DNA of 33,942 nucleotides from a virus (lineage: Duplodnaviria > Caudoviricetes), in IMG/VR virus record IMGVR_UViG_3300025875_000075, positions 1-33,942 of that record; one strand, 5' to 3'. The translations under genes and the position numbers were made by a program. Under the pieces are notes generated by a model that was not told where the DNA came from, made no database searches, and saw nothing but the letters and a program-made list of their open reading frames with translations. Below are positions 25,111 through 33,763 of this stretch, in pieces. Every line of letters begins with the position of its first letter. Position 1 is the first letter of the stretch.

Positions 25111-25986
25111 ATGGCCGGGCTCGGCTGGCGCAGATTCACCCGCGAGAAGCTCACCGTCGCCGACGTGCAGGGCTACCTCATGGATCAGTCGGTGATGAAG
25201 TTCGACTCGATCGCCCAGCGCGACGCGATCCTCGTCACCCCGTCCGACGGGATGGTCTGCTACCTCGAGGACATCGACTCGATGTGGTACCGGGAGTCCG
25301 GTGAGCTGTGGCGGCCGCTGGAGGGCCAGTGGCCGCAGCAGCAGGCAGGGCAGTCGCTCCCGGGGTGGTCCGCCGGTCTTCGCCTGGGGGACCGCATCGA
25401 TTCTCTGCCCTACGAGTGCTCGTTCATCGTCACCCCGGCGGGCTGGCGGCAGGCGTCCGTGGCCACGATCGACGTCACGCTGGCCGCCTACATCACGCGG
25501 GCGAAGGCTGCCGGGGTTGAGGCGTGGCACAACGGTTTCCAGGTGTTCAACACCCCGGTCAACCGACTCTGGGTCTCCCGCGGGGGCGATGCGTTCACGC
25601 TGATCGGCGGTGACGAGCTGCCGCCCGTCACGAGCGGATTCCCGGCCGTGGGCGGGTTCGCCTTCGTGGGCGGTGGCACGACGTCGGTGCAGTCGCTCGG
25701 CAACGGCACGGCGCAGTTGTACGCGGTGGCAGCGAAGACCGATGCCGCGCTAGCGGTGAGCGCCACTGGCGACGTTCCCAACACGGTGATCGGAAAGGTG
25801 CCAACCGCCTACGCCCCGATGGTCGCGTCCACGCTCACCAGCGGCAGCCATGGCCGGGGGGCGTTCGGTTTCATCGCCCCGAACGGAGATGTCACCCTGA
25901 CAGCCGTCACTCCCGGGGCGAACATCGTCGTGGGCGACCAGATCAGTTTGGGCGGCACCTACCGCCTGGCCGACCATTCTCTCTGA
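25111..25986 (+). CDS. Minor tail / receptor-binding protein
   Basis: GAGAGGA RBS; LTVADVQGYLMDQSVMKF...RDA...P.DGMVCYL.D N-terminus; C-terminal IGKVPTAYAP...IAPNGDV head. Confidence 0.75.
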   Translation: MAGLGWRRFTREKLTVADVQGYLMDQSVMKFDSIAQRDAILVTPSDGMVCYLEDIDSMWYRESGELWRPLEGQWPQQQAGQSLPGWSAGLRLGDRIDSLPYECSFIVTPAGWRQASVATIDVTLAAYITRAKAAGVEAWHNGFQVFNTPVNRLWVSRGGDAFTLIGGDELPPVTSGFPAVGGFAFVGGGTTSVQSLGNGTAQLYAVAAKTDAALAVSATGDVPNTVIGKVPTAYAPMVASTLTSGSHGRGAFGFIAPNGDVTLTAVTPGANIVVGDQISLGGTYRLADHSL

Positions 25987-25996
25987 CGGGAGATCC

Positions 25997-27001
25997 ATGA
26001 CCGAGACCCGTGATCCGCTCGAGCCCGTCGAGGGCCGCCCGTGCCCGGTGTGCGGACTGCCTGACCCGGAACACGACTGGGATGCCCACGACCGCCGCGG
26101 GGCGCCGGCCGAGCCGATCTTCGAGGGGCGTCTTGGTGCGGCGCTGCCGAACATGCTGCTGCGATCGAGCACCCGCGGCCGGGCCGAGGTGCGCGTGCTG
26201 GCGCTGCACTCGACCGAGGGCATCCTGCGGGCCCGCGACCTGCGGGCGTGGGCGAGCTGGCCCGGCTCGAGCCACGCGAGCGCCGACTCGACCGGCGCGC
26301 TGCTCGGGCCCGCGGACGGGTTCGTGCCCTACCACCTGGCCGCGTGGACGCTCCGCTCGGGCAACCCGTGGTCGGAGAACCTCGAGCTCTGCGGGTTCGC
26401 CCGCTGGACGCGGGCCGAGTGGCTCGCCCGCCCGCTGCTGCTGGACGCCGCTGCCCGGTGGCTGGCCGAGCGCCACCTCGCCCGGCCGAAGATCCCGCTG
26501 GTGAAGATCACCGCCGCGCAGTACCGGGCAGGGGCGTTCGGGGTCATCGACCACGACGACCATACCGACGGCTATGCCGACGGCACGCACTACGACGTGG
26601 GGGAGAACTTCCCCTGGGACATCGTGATCCCCGCCGCTCGCATCCACGCGGGCGCCGAGACCGGAGGACTGGACATGGACGAAGCGATCAAGCTGCTCAT
26701 CGAGATCGTCGGTGAGCTGCGAGGTAACGCGGCGGGCAAGCTACGGAGTGGCTGGCCGGGGCGACGGTTCGGCAACGGGACGACGACGGCGGCGAAGGGG
26801 AACGGCACCGTCGTCGACTACGTGCTCGAGGTGGACCGTGAGCTGAACTCGCGGATCGACGTGCTCACCCGCAAGGGGGCGCCGACCACTCGTCCGGCGC
26901 TGGACACCCTGTTCGGCCACGTGGTGAGCTGCCGCGCCGAGGTGCAGCTCATGCGCGCCGAGCTGGCCGATCTCGCGGCGAAGATCGACACGGCGAAGTG
27001 A
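25997..27001 (+). CDS. Endolysin, N-acetylmuramoyl-L-alanine amidase (Amidase_2)
   Basis: LHSTEG, SSH, AAWT..GN, ELCG, GVIDH and HYDVG.NFPWD motifs. Confidence 0.88.
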   Translation: MTETRDPLEPVEGRPCPVCGLPDPEHDWDAHDRRGAPAEPIFEGRLGAALPNMLLRSSTRGRAEVRVLALHSTEGILRARDLRAWASWPGSSHASADSTGALLGPADGFVPYHLAAWTLRSGNPWSENLELCGFARWTRAEWLARPLLLDAAARWLAERHLARPKIPLVKITAAQYRAGAFGVIDHDDHTDGYADGTHYDVGENFPWDIVIPAARIHAGAETGGLDMDEAIKLLIEIVGELRGNAAGKLRSGWPGRRFGNGTTTAAKGNGTVVDYVLEVDRELNSRIDVLTRKGAPTTRPALDTLFGHVVSCRAEVQLMRAELADLAAKIDTAK

Positions 27002-27726
27002 GCGCCGTCGAGCTGGTCGTCCCCCGCAAGATCGCCCGACCCAAGAGCCCGCGGCGGCTGCTCGACTGGCAGCCGTTGCACGACTCCCACTCGAGGGGCT
27101 ACGCGGCGGCCGAGCTCGTCGAGGCGCCCCCCGCGCACGACGTGCGGTGGCAGGCCGGGAAGGTGCTCGACCAGGGCGCTGAGGGCTCGTGCGTGGGGCA
27201 CGCCGCCGTCGGCTGCATCGGCGCCCAGCCGACCCCGGCCCCGCGCTCGAGGGTCAGCCATGCCGAGTCGGTGCGCTGGTACGAGCGGGCGCAGCGACTC
27301 GACGAGTGGCCGGGCGACGACTACTCGGGCACCAGCGTCAACGCCGGGATGAAGGTCGGCCGGGCGTTCGGGTGGTGGGACTCCTACCGGTGGGCGTTCG
27401 GGGTCGACGAGATGCGCTCGGCGATCCAGCTCGGCCCGCTGGTGCTCGGCGTTCCGTGGCGCTCGGGCATGTACGACACCGAGCCCGACGGGCTGGTGAC
27501 CAGCGCCGGCAGCGAGGTCGGGGGGCACTGCCTGCTCGTCATCGCGTGGGTGACCGACCACCTCGGCCACGGGCCCGGTTTCTGGTGGCGGAACTCGTGG
27601 GGGCCGGGCTACGGCATCGCCGGCGACGGGTTCGTCCCCGAGGACACGATGGCCGGGCTCATCGCCGAGGTCGGCGAGTGCGCGGTGCCGGTCGGCCGGA
27701 AGATCGGCAAGAGTCTCGACGAGTAA
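26998..27726 (+). CDS. Papain-like (C1 family) cysteine peptidase
   Basis: LDQGAEGSCVGH (Q, C), GGHC (H) and RNSWGPGYG (N). Confidence 0.9.
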   Translation: MSAVELVVPRKIARPKSPRRLLDWQPLHDSHSRGYAAAELVEAPPAHDVRWQAGKVLDQGAEGSCVGHAAVGCIGAQPTPAPRSRVSHAESVRWYERAQRLDEWPGDDYSGTSVNAGMKVGRAFGWWDSYRWAFGVDEMRSAIQLGPLVLGVPWRSGMYDTEPDGLVTSAGSEVGGHCLLVIAWVTDHLGHGPGFWWRNSWGPGYGIAGDGFVPEDTMAGLIAEVGECAVPVGRKIGKSLDE

Positions 27727-27748
27727 CACGGCCAGCCACCGCGCGTCC

Positions 27749-27785
27749 CCGACACCCCCTCCACTTCCCTCGGAGGGGGTGTCGG
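27749..27785 (+). terminator. 14-bp stem hairpin ending the late operon
   Basis: CCGACACCCCCTCC-N9-GGAGGGGGTGTCGG. Confidence 0.7.
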
Positions 27786-27787
27786 CG

Positions 27788-27826
27788 TGTCGGGGGTTGA
27801 CGGGGTTTGTCGGGGTATGCGATGCT
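27788..27826 (+). promoter_or_regulatory. Early-operon promoter (probably leaderless) with 10-bp-phased repeats
   Basis: TTGACG-N18-GATGCT, 6 nt before ATG 27833. TGTCGGGGGT/TGACGGGGTT/TGTCGGGGTA at 27788/27798/27808. Confidence 0.6.
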
Positions 27827-27832
27827 CTCCCC

Positions 27833-28051
27833 ATGCCCGAGACCAGCACCTCCCCGGTCGTCATCACCGCGAGCGCGCTCAAGGCCGGCGACGTCGTGGT
27901 CGACGAGCACGGGGCGCGCAAGTTCGCCGCGTTCGATGTCGACGCCGAGACCGATCGGGTCAAGGTGTGGACGGCGGTCGACGACCAGCTCAACGGGTGG
28001 CCCCGCGTGCTCGAGTTCGAGCTGCACGACGTGCTCGCGGTCGTCCGATGA
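27833..28051 (+). CDS. Small beta-rich hypothetical protein
   Basis: ASALKAGDVV SH3/KOW-like start; ATGA overlap with the next gene. Confidence 0.7.
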   Translation: MPETSTSPVVITASALKAGDVVVDEHGARKFAAFDVDAETDRVKVWTAVDDQLNGWPRVLEFELHDVLAVVR

Positions 28052-28248
28052 GCGCCAAGATCACCGCGACCGAGGCGGCCCGCCGGCTCGGGATCTCCGT
28101 CCGCACCCTCGACCGGCACTTGCCCGAGTGGCTGGCCGACGGGGCGGTGACCCTCGACCGGACGCCGGGTGGTCACCGCCGGTTCGACGCCAACGAGATC
28201 GCCGCGCTCAAGCCTCCACCGGACCCCACCCCGCTGCCTGCATCCTGA
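28048..28248 (+). CDS. BldC/Xis-like MerR-type HTH protein
   Basis: ITATEAARRLGISVRTLDR...RTPGGHRRFDANEI matches the RTxGGHRR(Y/F) wing of BldC-like proteins. Confidence 0.85.
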   Translation: MSAKITATEAARRLGISVRTLDRHLPEWLADGAVTLDRTPGGHRRFDANEIAALKPPPDPTPLPAS

Positions 28249-28287
28249 CCCGCACCACCTCGTCACACCCCTGGGAGATACACCGCC

Positions 28288-28488
28288 ATGACCCGCACCC
28301 TGCTCGCGTTCCTCGCCGTCGTCGGCTGCCTCGTCGCCCTCGGCGCCGTGCTGCTCGGCACCGTCGGACCGACCACGGTCACTGCACCGGCCGACCCCCG
28401 CGACCAGCTCGGCACCGTCGAGCGCGGCGTCGACCGCTCCGTCGGCGCCGAGGTGGCCGCCTACCGCGCCGCGACGGTGCAGCCATGA
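28288..28488 (+). CDS. Small membrane protein
   Basis: ACCCCTGGGAGA motif upstream; N-terminal TM. Confidence 0.65.
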   Translation: MTRTLLAFLAVVGCLVALGAVLLGTVGPTTVTAPADPRDQLGTVERGVDRSVGAEVAAYRAATVQP

Positions 28489-28703
28489 GCCTGCGCTACG
28501 GAGCCGGGACGCCCCGCCCGCTGCCGGTCATCCTGCGCCGCCGGGCCATCGAGGATGCCCGCGTGCGCGCCCACATCGCCGCGATGCGCCGCTCGGCCGA
28601 GTGCGGACCCGCCTGCGACCACCTGCCCGCCCCGCGCCCGGCGCTCGACGACACGGTGCTCGTGCCCCGGATCGTGCTGCTCGCCGCCGTCCGCCTCCGG
28701 TGA
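28485..28703 (+). CDS. Hypothetical protein
   Basis: ATGA/GTGA overlaps fill the gap exactly. Confidence 0.55.
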   Translation: MSLRYGAGTPRPLPVILRRRAIEDARVRAHIAAMRRSAECGPACDHLPAPRPALDDTVLVPRIVLLAAVRLR

Positions 28704-30118
28704 GGGACGTGATCGACCTGTTCGCCGGGCCGGGCGGGTGGGATGAGGGGGCGCGCCCGCTCGGGATCGAGCCGTTGGGCATCGAATGGGACGAGGCAGC
28801 GTGCGCCACCGGCCGGGCCGCCGGACACCGCCGGGTGCAGGCCGATGTCGCCGCGCTCGACCCGCTGGCCGTCGCTGCCGAGCACATGGCCGGGCCGGTG
28901 CAGGGGCTCATCGCGTCGCCGCCGTGCCAGGGGTTCTCCACTGCCGGGAGCGGGCGCGGCCGGGCCGACTCGGTGCTCATGCTCGAGGCGCTCGCCCACA
29001 CGCACACGCTCGCCGAGCTCGACGCCGCGATCAGGTGGCTGCACCAGCACATGACCGACGACAAGAGTCTGCTCGCCCTCGAGCCGCTGCGGTGGGCGCT
29101 CGCACTCACGCCAAGGTGGCTGGCCTGGGAGCAGGTGCCCGCCGTCCTCCCGCTGTGGGAGGCGTGCGCGGTGATCCTGCGGGAGCACGGCTATAGCGTC
29201 GAGGTACGGAAGATGCACGCCGAGCAGTACGGCGTCCCGCAGACGCGGCAGCGGGCAATCCTGGTCGCCCGTGCGTGGTGGCTGGCCGAGGTCGCGATGC
29301 CGGTGCCGACACACTCGCGGTACTACCCGCGCACGCCCGCCAAGCTCGATCCGGGGCTGCTCCCGTGGGTGAGCATGGCCGAGGCGCTGTCGGGTGCGGG
29401 CTGGTCTGATGGCGACCGCATCGGCTTCCCACGCCGCGCCGACGACGGCGAGGTCGTCGAGATCGACGGCGAGCAGTACCGGGCCCGCGACCTGCACTCC
29501 GGCTCGCGACCCGCCCCGGCGCTGACCGAGAAGGCCCGCAGCATGACCCGGTGGGTGATGTGCTCGGCAGGTCGCACCGCGCTGGACACGGCTGGGCAGG
29601 TGCCTCGCGGGGTCGACGAGGCACCGAGCGCGACCCTCACCGGCAAAGGAGCAGCAACATGGGCCCTCGCCACCGGCACCCGCTCGGACTCGACGATGCG
29701 CGGCAGCGATCAGCCCGCGCCGACGTTCGCGTTCGGTAACGATGCCGCCTCCCATGTGTGGGTGCCGGCTGGTGTCCGACCCGAGGACGTGGTCGCCCTC
29801 AAGCGCGGCGAGCTGCCCGCGTGGGCCGACGAGCGCCCGGCGACCACGGTGCAGGGTGACCCCCGCGTGTGGCCCCCCGGGCGCAAGGTGAACGCCGACG
29901 ACTGGGCCCGGCTCGGCGAGAACGAGGCGAACGCTTGCTACGGCGACCGGGCGGGCACCCTCGCCGTGCGGGTCACCGTTGCCGAGGCCGCCGTGCTCCA
30001 GACCTTCCCCGCCGACTACCCGTGGCAGGGGACGAAGACCGCGCAGTACCGGCAGGTCGGTGACGCCGTGCCCCCGCTGCTCGCCCGCGTGATCGTCGCG
30101 GCGGTGACTGGCCGGTGA
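28700..30118 (+). CDS. C5 DNA cytosine methyltransferase (orphan)
   Basis: Motif I DLFAGPGG, IV SPPCQGFS, VI EQV, VIII QTRQR, IX-X EAAVLQTFP...RQVGDAVPP. Confidence 0.93.
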   Translation: MRDVIDLFAGPGGWDEGARPLGIEPLGIEWDEAACATGRAAGHRRVQADVAALDPLAVAAEHMAGPVQGLIASPPCQGFSTAGSGRGRADSVLMLEALAHTHTLAELDAAIRWLHQHMTDDKSLLALEPLRWALALTPRWLAWEQVPAVLPLWEACAVILREHGYSVEVRKMHAEQYGVPQTRQRAILVARAWWLAEVAMPVPTHSRYYPRTPAKLDPGLLPWVSMAEALSGAGWSDGDRIGFPRRADDGEVVEIDGEQYRARDLHSGSRPAPALTEKARSMTRWVMCSAGRTALDTAGQVPRGVDEAPSATLTGKGAATWALATGTRSDSTMRGSDQPAPTFAFGNDAASHVWVPAGVRPEDVVALKRGELPAWADERPATTVQGDPRVWPPGRKVNADDWARLGENEANACYGDRAGTLAVRVTVAEAAVLQTFPADYPWQGTKTAQYRQVGDAVPPLLARVIVAAVTGR

Positions 30119-30372
30119 CCGACACCCCGCCACCGCTCCCCGGCCCGACCACCGCCGCGATGAACCTGCGCCCGGCGGCCGGCGCGAGGCGCTCGGCAAC
30201 CGCGGCCGAGGTGCGGGCCCGCGTCGAGGACGTGCTCACGCTGCACCGGCCACTCGAGCTGACCGATCGTTCGATGTGCCGGGAGTGCCTCGCCAGCCAC
30301 CCGTGCCGCACGGTGCTGACCTTGCAGGGCGTCGCCCCGACCCCCGCACCCCCCGAGGAAGGATCACAGTGA
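30115..30372 (+). CDS. Small Zn-ligand-motif protein
   Basis: LHRP...CREC...HPCRT; overlap chain. Confidence 0.65.
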   Translation: MTDTPPPLPGPTTAAMNLRPAAGARRSATAAEVRARVEDVLTLHRPLELTDRSMCRECLASHPCRTVLTLQGVAPTPAPPEEGSQ

Positions 30373-30890
30373 CGAAAGCACATCGCGAGAGGGGCGTCGT
30401 GACCGAGCGCCTGGCCGTGACCTACCTCCGCGGCCACGGGTTCCCGAACGCCGAGCGGAGCGTGCGAACCGGCTACCGGGTGGCCGGCCGCGAGCTGGTC
30501 GACGCCGGAGACATCGACGGCACCCCGGGGCTGGCGTGGCAGCTCAAGGCGCTCAAGCCGTTGACCGCGGCCGAGAACGCCGTCCCGGGGTGGATGACCG
30601 AGACCGAGCGGCAGCGGGTCGCCGCCGGGGCCGACCTCAGTGTGCTAGTGGTGCGCCGCGACCAGCGCCCGGCCGAACAGTGGTTCGCGTTCCTGCCGCT
30701 CGTCGACCTCATCGCGCTCGGCGCCGGTGTGCCACTTGCTGACGAGCACCTCACCGTCAACCGGCTCGCCGATGTAGCGATCCCGGCCCGGCTCTACCTC
30801 GGTGATCTCGTGACGTTGCTCCGATCCCGCGGCTACGGCGACCCGATCACCGAGCCGGTCCCGCCGGCCACCCCGGGGCGGGTGTCGTGA
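30369..30890 (+). CDS. Holliday junction resolvase-like PD-(D/E)XK nuclease
   Basis: RG..TER....YLR..GFP.AER, DAGDIDG, WQLK, VLVVRR. Confidence 0.8.
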   Translation: MTKAHRERGVVTERLAVTYLRGHGFPNAERSVRTGYRVAGRELVDAGDIDGTPGLAWQLKALKPLTAAENAVPGWMTETERQRVAAGADLSVLVVRRDQRPAEQWFAFLPLVDLIALGAGVPLADEHLTVNRLADVAIPARLYLGDLVTLLRSRGYGDPITEPVPPATPGRVS

Positions 30891-31297
30891 CCGTCGAGCC
30901 GAACGCGGCCGAGCGGGCGCTCGCCGCTCGCGTCGTCATGGACTCGTGGTCAAATCCTGAGGCGCTGGCCGAGCTGCTGGCCGAGGTACGCGAGGGGTCG
31001 ACCCTGCCGGGTCCGCGGGCGATCGTCATGGGCAACGTGCGGGTCTCGCTTCGGCACGGTGTCGCCTATGCCGAGGGACAGTTCGAGGCGGCTACCGCCC
31101 ACGCCTGGCAGGCATGGTTCCGCGAGTTGCGCCGACGGTGTCTGCGCCCCTGTGGCTGGCCGAGTGAGCAGCGCACCTACCTCGCGTTCCCGCAGATCGT
31201 CGCCGGTGAGCAGACCTTCGTCGAGCTTGAGGCCGACGACCCCCGGGCCGAGTTCCTCGAGATCACCGTCGCCTGCGAGGCGGTGTCGATGACGTAG
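30887..31297 (+). CDS. Hypothetical protein
   Basis: GTGA overlap; protein-like composition. Confidence 0.65.
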   Translation: MTVEPNAAERALAARVVMDSWSNPEALAELLAEVREGSTLPGPRAIVMGNVRVSLRHGVAYAEGQFEAATAHAWQAWFRELRRRCLRPCGWPSEQRTYLAFPQIVAGEQTFVELEADDPRAEFLEITVACEAVSMT

Positions 31298-31300
31298 ACC

Positions 31301-31322
31301 TGTCACACCCCCGCACCATCAT
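31301..31322 (+). promoter_or_regulatory. Degenerate RecA-NDp/PafBC-type promoter
   Basis: TGTCAC-N10-CATCAT in the intergenic gap; same geometry as 854-875 and a similar ACCCCC spacer start. Confidence 0.4.
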
Positions 31323-31358
31323 CGACACCTCACCCGCTCAACCCCTGGGAGACACCCC

Positions 31359-31631
31359 GTGCAGATCCCCGACAGCAACGGCGAGAGCATCACCCCGACC
31401 GACTCGGGCCCCGGCCCGCTTGACGTGCTTGAGGCGCGAGCCGTCCTCATCACCCGCAACGCCCTCGACGATGCCGAGGCAGCCGTGCGGCGCCTCGTCG
31501 CGTTCCTCGACCGCGACCTCCGCCCGACGCCGATCACCGTCGCGAGCGAGGCGCGCCGCGTCGCCCAGGCGATCGAGCACGCTCTCACGCAGGTCGCCAC
31601 GATCGACAACCTCATGGGCGACAACCGATGA
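31359..31631 (+). CDS. Hypothetical helical protein
   Basis: ACCCCTGGGAGA motif upstream; ATGA overlap with the exonuclease. Confidence 0.65.
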   Translation: MQIPDSNGESITPTDSGPGPLDVLEARAVLITRNALDDAEAAVRRLVAFLDRDLRPTPITVASEARRVAQAIEHALTQVATIDNLMGDNR

Positions 31632-33763
31632 CCGAGGGATCAACCGTCCGGGTCGTGCACGACCTCACCGACGGCGAACGCGCCCTCGCCGCCCGCGTCG
31701 CCGAGGCGACCGAGCAGCCCCGCGTCGGGCAGACCGTGCTCGAGCGCCCGTCGGTCGATTGGGAGCGGCACCGGGGCGACAAGCGCCCTAAGATCAAGCC
31801 CCCGCCGGGCGGGGTGTGGCGCAACCCGGGGACGAACCGGAAGGTCGGGCACCGGTACTACACGCGGGTGACGACGTTCGCCGACGCGATCACCGAGAGC
31901 TACAACCTCACGCAGTGGAAGCTCGCCCGGCTGCTCATCGGGCTCGGGCAGCGGGCCGACTACGTGCGCCAGGCCGCCGCGCTCACGATGGACGAGCGTG
32001 ACCGGGACGCCCGCGACGAGCTGGTCGGGAAGGTGTTCGACGCGGCCGGCCCGGACGCGGCCGGGCTGGGGACGGCGCTGCACGCTCTCACCGAGCGGCT
32101 CGACCGGGGTGAGGATCTCGGCACCCCGCCGGTGGAGATGCTGCCCGACCTGGCCGCGTACACCGCGCTTACGAGCGACTCACTCACGATGCTGCTGCGG
32201 GAGCCGCGCACCGTGTGCGACGAGCTCGAGTGCGCCGGCACCCCGGACACGATCGCCGTCGTGCACGAGGCGCCCCCGACCGACTGGGGCCCGGCGTGCG
32301 ACTGCCCGCCCGGCCGGGCGCGGGTGGTGGACACGAAAACGGGCAGCATCCGGTACCCAGGGAAGATGAGCACGCAGCTCTCGATCTACGCGCACTCCGA
32401 GCTCTACAACGCCGAGACCGGCGAGCGGACCCCGCTGGACGTGTGCCCGCACTGGGGCGTGATCGTGCACCTCCCGGTCGAGACCGGCGAGGCGGCGCTG
32501 TTCTGGCTCGACCTCGCCCATGGCTGGCGCGGCGCCGAGCTCTGCGGGCCGGTGCGCCAGTGGCACCGGGCGAAGGCCGACGACGTGCTGCGCCCGTTCG
32601 CGACCGTCATGCCGGTCAAGGTGGTCGATGGCGAAGTGCTGCGGATGGACCCCCGGCTCGCCTCGACGAACACGAAGGCGCCCGCGCAGGTCGACGACGT
32701 GACCGACCAGCTCGCCGCCTCGCTTGCGATCGTGGCGACCGAGATCGAGGGGGCCGACGACGCACGCGGCTCAAGCGACCTCGACCCGGTGCAACGCGAC
32801 GACGAGGGCGACGAGGCCGCGCTGCACGAGGATCTCGACCCGGTGCAGCAGGCGTTCGCCGAGGCAGCCGACGGCATCCGGCCGCACCGCTACCCGACCA
32901 CCGACGCCGAGAGCGAGGCGCTACGGCTGGCGCAGGAAGCCGCACCGCTCATCACCCGCGCCGAGGCCGAGCGGCTCATCCCGGTCGCCCCCGGGCCCGA
33001 CACGTGCGCGCACTCGGGCGGTCGCACGATGAGCGGCAACCGGCTCATCTGCCGCGACTGCCGCGAGCCCGCCGGGTTCGGCGACGGCACCCCGACCCCG
33101 CCGGCCAAGGCCGAGCCGTTCACCATCGACGAGCGGATCGCGGCGGTCGAGCGTGGCGACGACCCCGACGCCGACGACCCGGTGCACGATCACCTGCTCG
33201 ACGACCCGATCGCCGAGCGGTCGAGTCTCGACCCGGCACCCGACGCCGAGCGGACGGCGATGCTCCGAGACGAGCCGTGGCGACTCAACGATGAGAGCGA
33301 GCGCATCGACCAGCAGCTCACCGAGAGCGCCGACCCCGGTGAGGGCGAGCCCGAGGTCGAGCGGCACGTGCCCTACGTGCCCCAGCACCCGAACGACCGC
33401 GACGGGGAGCTCGTGGCGCGGGGGTTCGTCCTCAACGACGAACCGCCCGAGCGCCCGAGCGACCCGCTCGGCGACGAGATCCGGCGCTGCACCAGCGTCC
33501 GCGAGCTCGAGCAGCTCGGCACGACCCGGTGGCGCGAGTGGAACGGCTCGCACCGCGCGCTCGCCGTCGAGGTGCACGACCGCCTCGCGTTCGTCGAGCG
33601 GGTGGAGCGCCCCCGGGCCGCGTGCGAGGCGGCGATCGGGGCCGCATCCACACTCGACGAGCTTGGCGCCGTCATGGCCAAGAGCGGAGGCGCTGAGTGG
33701 ATCACCGACGAGCTGCTCAAGCTCGGCACGGCGCGGTGGCACGAGCTGCGGGGCGCACGATGA
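31628..33763 (+). CDS. RecE/Cas4-like PD-(D/E)XK exonuclease with a long acidic C-terminal extension
   Basis: YTRVTT, L.QWK, GTALHALTE, AGTPD, VVDTKTG, QLSIYA and VIVHLP, all in the N-terminal half. Confidence 0.85.
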   Translation: MTEGSTVRVVHDLTDGERALAARVAEATEQPRVGQTVLERPSVDWERHRGDKRPKIKPPPGGVWRNPGTNRKVGHRYYTRVTTFADAITESYNLTQWKLARLLIGLGQRADYVRQAAALTMDERDRDARDELVGKVFDAAGPDAAGLGTALHALTERLDRGEDLGTPPVEMLPDLAAYTALTSDSLTMLLREPRTVCDELECAGTPDTIAVVHEAPPTDWGPACDCPPGRARVVDTKTGSIRYPGKMSTQLSIYAHSELYNAETGERTPLDVCPHWGVIVHLPVETGEAALFWLDLAHGWRGAELCGPVRQWHRAKADDVLRPFATVMPVKVVDGEVLRMDPRLASTNTKAPAQVDDVTDQLAASLAIVATEIEGADDARGSSDLDPVQRDDEGDEAALHEDLDPVQQAFAEAADGIRPHRYPTTDAESEALRLAQEAAPLITRAEAERLIPVAPGPDTCAHSGGRTMSGNRLICRDCREPAGFGDGTPTPPAKAEPFTIDERIAAVERGDDPDADDPVHDHLLDDPIAERSSLDPAPDAERTAMLRDEPWRLNDESERIDQQLTESADPGEGEPEVERHVPYVPQHPNDRDGELVARGFVLNDEPPERPSDPLGDEIRRCTSVRELEQLGTTRWREWNGSHRALAVEVHDRLAFVERVERPRAACEAAIGAASTLDELGAVMAKSGGAEWITDELLKLGTARWHELRGAR

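Noticed and set aside
28048-28248. Excisionase of a temperate phage
   Set aside because: No tyrosine or serine integrase or att site was recognised in the apparently complete genome.
1816-30199. Long minus-strand ORFs (for example 8990-10912, 11018-13159, 20615-22435, 28496-30199)
   Set aside because: They are antisense shadows of well-supported + strand genes in high-GC DNA and show no recognisable motifs.
31628-32620. CRISPR-associated Cas4
   Set aside because: There is no array or other cas gene; stand-alone phage PD-(D/E)XK exonucleases explain it.
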